A model generated the notes under the pieces. That model saw nothing but the letters and a program-made list of their open reading frames with translations, was not told the DNA's origin and did no database searches. This document shows, piece by piece, positions 59,049 to 64,000 of a DNA stretch of 64,000 bases. The DNA is from an uncultured Gemmataceae bacterium (GTDB taxonomy: Bacteria > Planctomycetota > Planctomycetia > Gemmatales > Gemmataceae). The stretch spans positions 2,848,001 through 2,912,000 of the forward strand of contig CAVVPN010000003.1 in assembly GCA_963750165.1 (NCBI GenBank), given 5' to 3'. A program made the position numbers and the translations under genes. Numbering within the stretch: position 1 is the first letter of the stretch; each line of letters begins with the position of its first letter.

Positions 59049-62000
59049 GCGTTCACCCCACGCACGTGGGGAGCAGGAAACCATGTCCGAAAATGTCACC
59101 CCTGGCGCCCGGTTCACCCCCACGCACGTGGGGAGCAGGGCACCGCCTTCGCCAGCGCCTGGTAGGCTTCCGGTTCACCCCCACGCACGTGGGGAGCAGA
59201 ACCAAGGTCACTCACTACTAACGACATAACGCGGTTCACCCCCACGCACGTGGGGAGCAGTCGGCAACAAAGCTGTCGAGCCGGTTGCGGTACGGTTCAC
59301 CCCCACGCACGTGGGAGCAGTCTGCAAGCTTGCGACGCGCTTCTCTGCTGCTCGGTTCACCCCCACGCACGTGGGGAGCAGCCGGCGCTGGAGTGAATTA
59401 TGAAACCGACCGACGGTTCACCCCCACGCACGTGGGGAGCAGCCTGCTGGTCCGCGACCCGGGCCGGCCGCTGTACGGTTCACCCCCACGCACGTGGGGA
59501 GCAGGCTCCCCAGCGAATGCCCCGGCCGCCGCATGACGGTTCACCCCCACGCACGTGGGGAGCAGGAACGACCCGCACGCCAGGGCGAACGCCTTATACG
59601 GTTCACCCCCACGCACGTGGGGAGCAGTGCCGCTGGTAGCCATTCAGGTACGACGTGCCCGGTTCACCCCCACGCACGTGGGGAGCAGGGCCTGGTCACT
59701 CCGGTCACTGCCGCCCTGCTCCGGTTCACCCCCACGCACGTGGGGAGCAGCGGCCACGGCCTGGCCAACGGCAGCGCCGTGTACGGTTCACCCCCACGCA
59801 CGTGGGGAGCAGGAGCAGTTCGAGCTTGCGGTTCATGCCGCACCCCCGGTTCACCCCCACGCACGTGGGGAGCAGTGGAGTTGTTTGAGATCAGGCATGG
59901 GCGTGGCCGGTTCACCCCCACGCACGTGGGGAGCAGGATTGGTGAGGGATTATGCTGGCCGGGCCGTTTCGGTTCACCCCCACGCACGTGGGGAGCAGAC
60001 GCGACGGGTGTGTACGACCGCCGCGTCTGTCGGTTCACCCCCACGCACGTGGGGAGCAGATCGCTCACCGCCAATGCTTATAACCCTTGCCCGGTTCACC
60101 CCCACGCACGTGGGGAGCAGGAGTTGGCTATCAAGCCAGTTGTCGGTTATGCCGGTTCACCCCCACGCACGTGGGGAGCAGGCCGTTTTGCTCGGCGCTA
60201 TTTGCGTGATTGACGGTTCACCCCCACGCACGTGGGGAGCAGCTGGCCGGCGCCATCAAGCTGAGCGTCAACGTCGGTTCACCCCCACGCTCGTGGGGAG
60301 CAGGAAATTGTCCACGTACTCGCGGCCCAGGAAGACGGTTCACCCCCACGCTCGTGGGGAGCAGTGTCGCGTTGCCGCCCGCCTCCGCTACGCGGTCGGT
60401 TCACCCCCACGCTCGTGGGGAGCAGCGGGGAGCCCCCGGGAGGTAGGGCCGTTACGCCGGTTCACCCCCACGCTCGTGGGGAGCAGCCCATGATGTGACT
60501 CCCTCTTGCGTCAATTGCCGGTTCACCCCCACGCTCGTGGGGAGCAGTCGCACCGGAATCCACCTCATAGCCCATTCTCCGGTTCACCCCCACGCTCGTG
60601 GGGAGCAGCTCTAGCTCCGGCTCGTTCAGCCGCACGCTCACGGTTCACCCCCACGCTCGTGGGGAGCAGGAATGAGGTCACTCCTCGGTAGTCGCCTGCA
60701 GTGGTTCACCCCCACGCTCGTGGGGAGCAGGTCGGCGACCGGCTCAGACATGGGCAATGGCTCCGGTTCACCCCCACGCTCGTGGGGAGCAGATCCCGGA
60801 GATGGACGCGTCGGGCGTCGGGGACGGTTCACCCCCACGCTCGTGGGGAGCAGTGCTTCACCTCGCCGACGGCAACGTTGCCCTGCGGTTCACCCCCACG
60901 CTCGTGGGGAGCAGGGCTATGCCAGCGCCGCCAGCGCCGGCTTTGGCGGTTCACCCCCACGCTCGTGGGGAGCAGCTCGTCGTCGTCGGTGTCTGGCCGC
61001 GACAGTTCCGGTTCACCCCCACGCTCGTGGGGAGCAGAAGCCGGCGCACACTCCAGGTTGCACAGGAAACGGTTCACCCCCACGCTCGTGGGGAGCAGGC
61101 CGCACGCCGCTCTGCGTGAATCCCGATCACCGGTTCACCCCCACGCTCGTGGGGAGCAGTGGAGCAGGCCGGCTGCCAGGTGCTGCGGGCACCGGTTCAC
61201 CCCCACGCTCGTGGGGAGCAGGGCAGCAACCCGCCCAACGCCAGCCCGCCCAATCGGTTCACCCCCACGCTCGTGGGGAGCAGGAGCGCGGCGTTGGTGC
61301 GGCCCTGCAGGTACGCGGTTCACCCCCACGCTCGTGGGGAGCAGAGCCAGTGATGACGCCGACGACAGCGCCGAGCACGGTTCACCCCCACGCTCGTGGG
61401 GAGCAGCCGAAGCCGTCCCCGCTCGACTTCGCCGCCGCCGGTTCACCCCCACGCTCGTGGGGAGCAGGCAGTACCGGATGAAGGGTCACGCCGAGGCGGA
61501 CGGTTCACCCCCACGCTCGTGGGGAGCAGGTACGAGCCGCGTTCACGGTCGCCGTGGTCAACCGGTTCACCCCCACGCTCGTGGGGAGCAGAGCGGCCCG
61601 GGATTGAAACCGGCCACGAACAGCGGTTCACCCCCACGCTCGTGGGGAGCAGGACCGCAGGCCCATCAACGTGTACTGAGCCGGCGGTTCACCCCCACGC
61701 TCGTGGGGAGCAGCAGGCACAAGGCAAGCAAATCGCCCAACGTCTCGGTTCACCCCCACGCTCGTGGGGAGCAGTCGGTCTCGGCCACCCAGTTGGGCCC
61801 GTACATCGGTTCACCCCCACGCTCGTGGGGAGCAGGCTCCCGTCCGGCACCAGGAAGCCGGGTGTCGGCGGTTCACCCCCACGCTCGTGGGGAGCAGGCT
61901 ATCGTATGCCAGCGTGCTGCCGCAGCTGACCGGTTCACCCCCACGCTCGTGGGGAGCAGGTAGGTGCTTCGCGGCACACTCACCCCGTTCTCGGTTCACC

Positions 62001-63977
62001 CCCACGCTCGTGGGGAGCAGGACCGGCGTGTGCTACGCCGGCATCTGGTGGACGGTTCACCCCCACGCTCGTGGGGAGCAGCACGGGTATGCCCGGGACT
62101 ACAACACACATTACGGTTCACCCCCACGCTCGTGGGGAGCAGGCGGCCTGGATGATGACGGAGCAGAATGCCGACGGTTCACCCCCACGCTCGTGGGGAG
62201 CAGGCAGAAGGTGGATTTTCCCACTCCCTTGTCACCGGTTCACCCCCACGCTCGTGGGGAGCAGGCCCCGTAGCCTCACAATCCGGCTGACCCGTTCGGT
62301 TCACCCCCACGCTCGTGGGGAGCAGGTCATGATCGGGGCCCCTGGGGTATCCTGATGCGGTTCACCCCCACGCTCGTGGGGAGCAGGCTCGCGGCGACCC
62401 TCAACGCATTTAAGGGAAAGGTTCACCCCCACGCTCGTGGGGAGCAGTTAAATTTCAGGTAGTGGCTTGGCCATACACTTCGGTTCACCCCCACGCTCGT
62501 GGGGAGCAGGGGCGTTACCGCTGCCGCTGCCCCAGCGCCTGCGGTTCACCCCCACGCTCGTGGGGAGCAGCGCCGGGCGGCGTAAGCGGCCGCGCCGGCG
62601 TCCGGTTCACCCCCACGCTCGTGGGGAGCAGATCATTGGCAGCCCACTTTCTTCGAGGTAGTCCGGTTCACCCCCACGCTCGTGGGGAGCAGTTGGTCAC
62701 CACGACGCGGGCGCCAGCCGGGAACGGTTCACCCCCACGCTCGTGGGGAGCAGCTGCTTGTTGCAGGTTCCGGCCCCGGCCACGACGGTTCACCCCCACG
62801 CTCGTGGGGAGCAGTGGGAGGTGTACTGCCGGCAGCGCTGGCAGTTCGGTTCACCCCCACGCTCGTGGGGAGCAGCGGCCTGAAGGGCGGGAATGGTATC
62901 TTCCACCCGGTTCACCCCCACGCTCGTGGGGAGCAGCCGAACGCTAGCGCACGCAAGCAAAGCTACGCCGGTTCACCCCCACGCTCGTGGGGAGCAGAAG
63001 TAGCTAACCCGCACCGACATGAGGCACCTCGGTTCACCCCCACGCTCGTGGGGAGCAGGACCAGGCTGCCGCAAATCATCAGGCGATGGCCGGTTCACCC
63101 CCACGCTCGTGGGGAGCAGGTCTGGAAGGTGGTGGTGGTGGACACCACCAACGGTTCACCCCCACGCTCGTGGGGAGCAGGAAAATCACAAGGTCGGCTC
63201 AGGGCTGTCTGGCGGTTCACCCCCACGCTCGTGGGGAGCAGTTCAGAACCGAGAGAAAATCGCTAGTACACTCCGGTTCACCCCCACGCTCGTGGGGAGC
63301 AGGAACGGAAACATCCTGAATGAAGACGTTCCCGCCGGTTCACCCCCACGCTCGTGGGGAGCAGTTCCTCCTCGCCGGCCATCCACACCACCGCGCCGGT
63401 TCACCCCCACGCTCGTGGGGAGCAGGACCAAAGCGCTGCAAATCATCAGGCGATGGCCGGTTCACCCCCACGCTCGTGGGGAGCAGGACCAAAGCGCTGC
63501 AAATCATCAGGCGATGGCCGGTTCACCCCCACGCTCGTGGGGAGCAGTCCCGTCGATGCCATGCACCCGGCTGATCCGCACGGTTCACCCCCACGCTCGT
63601 GGGGAGCAGCACTGGCCTACCGCATCGGCAGTCGGGCCGAGCGGTTCACCCCCACGCTCGTGGGGAGCAGCGATCCTGACGGTGCTCCAGGTTGACCGTG
63701 ATCGGTTCACCCCCACGCTCGTGGGGAGCAGGCCGGCCAACGTCCGTGTTCACGACAATTCCTCCGGTTCACCCCCACGCTCGTGGGGAGCAGGCAGCTG
63801 ACCTGCGCCACCGCGGGCGCCACCTCCGGTTCACCCCCACGCTCGTGGGGAGCAGTCGGCCCCGCGCCTGTTCCGCGCCGCCTCCTCCGGTTCACCCCCA
63901 CGCTCGTGGGGAGCAGGTCGCGGTCATCCTGAAAATGGAGGCGTCCACCGGTTCACCCCCACGCTCGTGGGGAGCAG
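59049..63977 (-). CRISPR. type I-E-like CRISPR array, 81 repeats visible, may continue past the window
   Basis: 29-bp repeat CGGTTCACCCCCACGC(A/T)CGTGGGGAGCAG with 32-34-bp mostly unique spacers. The reverse complement ends in ...GAACCG like E. coli I-E repeats. A degenerate repeat at 59049 marks the trailer end. Confidence 0.98.
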
Positions 63978-64000
63978 GGCCGTGGGGGAACCCTTGATGC

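Larger units (their letters stand above)
56264..64000. mobile_element. putative integrative element at tRNA-Leu (right end outside the window)
   Basis: Integrase immediately downstream of the tRNA, an excisionase-like gene, and non-housekeeping cargo; second att copy not visible. Confidence 0.7.

Noticed and set aside
59285..63997. Many ORFs with repeating GSPPRSWGA / VHPHARGEQ / RFTPTLVGS peptides
   Set aside because: These are translations of the CRISPR repeat.
59077..64000. Self-targeting spacers against this window
   Set aside because: None found by eye; this is not exhaustive and needs an alignment.

Overview
High-GC bacterial DNA with a planctomycete (Gemmataceae-like) gene repertoire: giant Ser/Thr kinases with TPRs, an ECF-kinase pair, DUF1080, Uma2 and DUF4058 genes, and many palindromic intergenic repeats. 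Bases 1-56 kb are mostly ordinary chromosome (pyrH, ptsI, trpS, hemD, oxidoreductases, hydrolases, redoxins). Several genes in the first 34 kb carry single-base frameshifts that look like sequencing indels. Standouts in this part are an orphan MamK-like actin behind a Pro-rich membrane protein, a low-GC EEP-nuclease two-gene cassette, REP-like palindromes embedded in-frame in enzyme genes, and a MITE nested in a REP. From tRNA-Leu(CAA) at 56181 onward lies a putative integrative element. It carries a tyrosine integrase, a convergent excisionase-like HTH gene and ~0.75 kb of non-coding hairpins, including a perfect 74-bp inverted repeat built from iteron-like units. A ParB-like gene fragment follows, then a type I-E-like CRISPR array of at least 81 repeats that reaches the window edge, with no cas genes in view. 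All family assignments come from motif recognition only; no searches were run.
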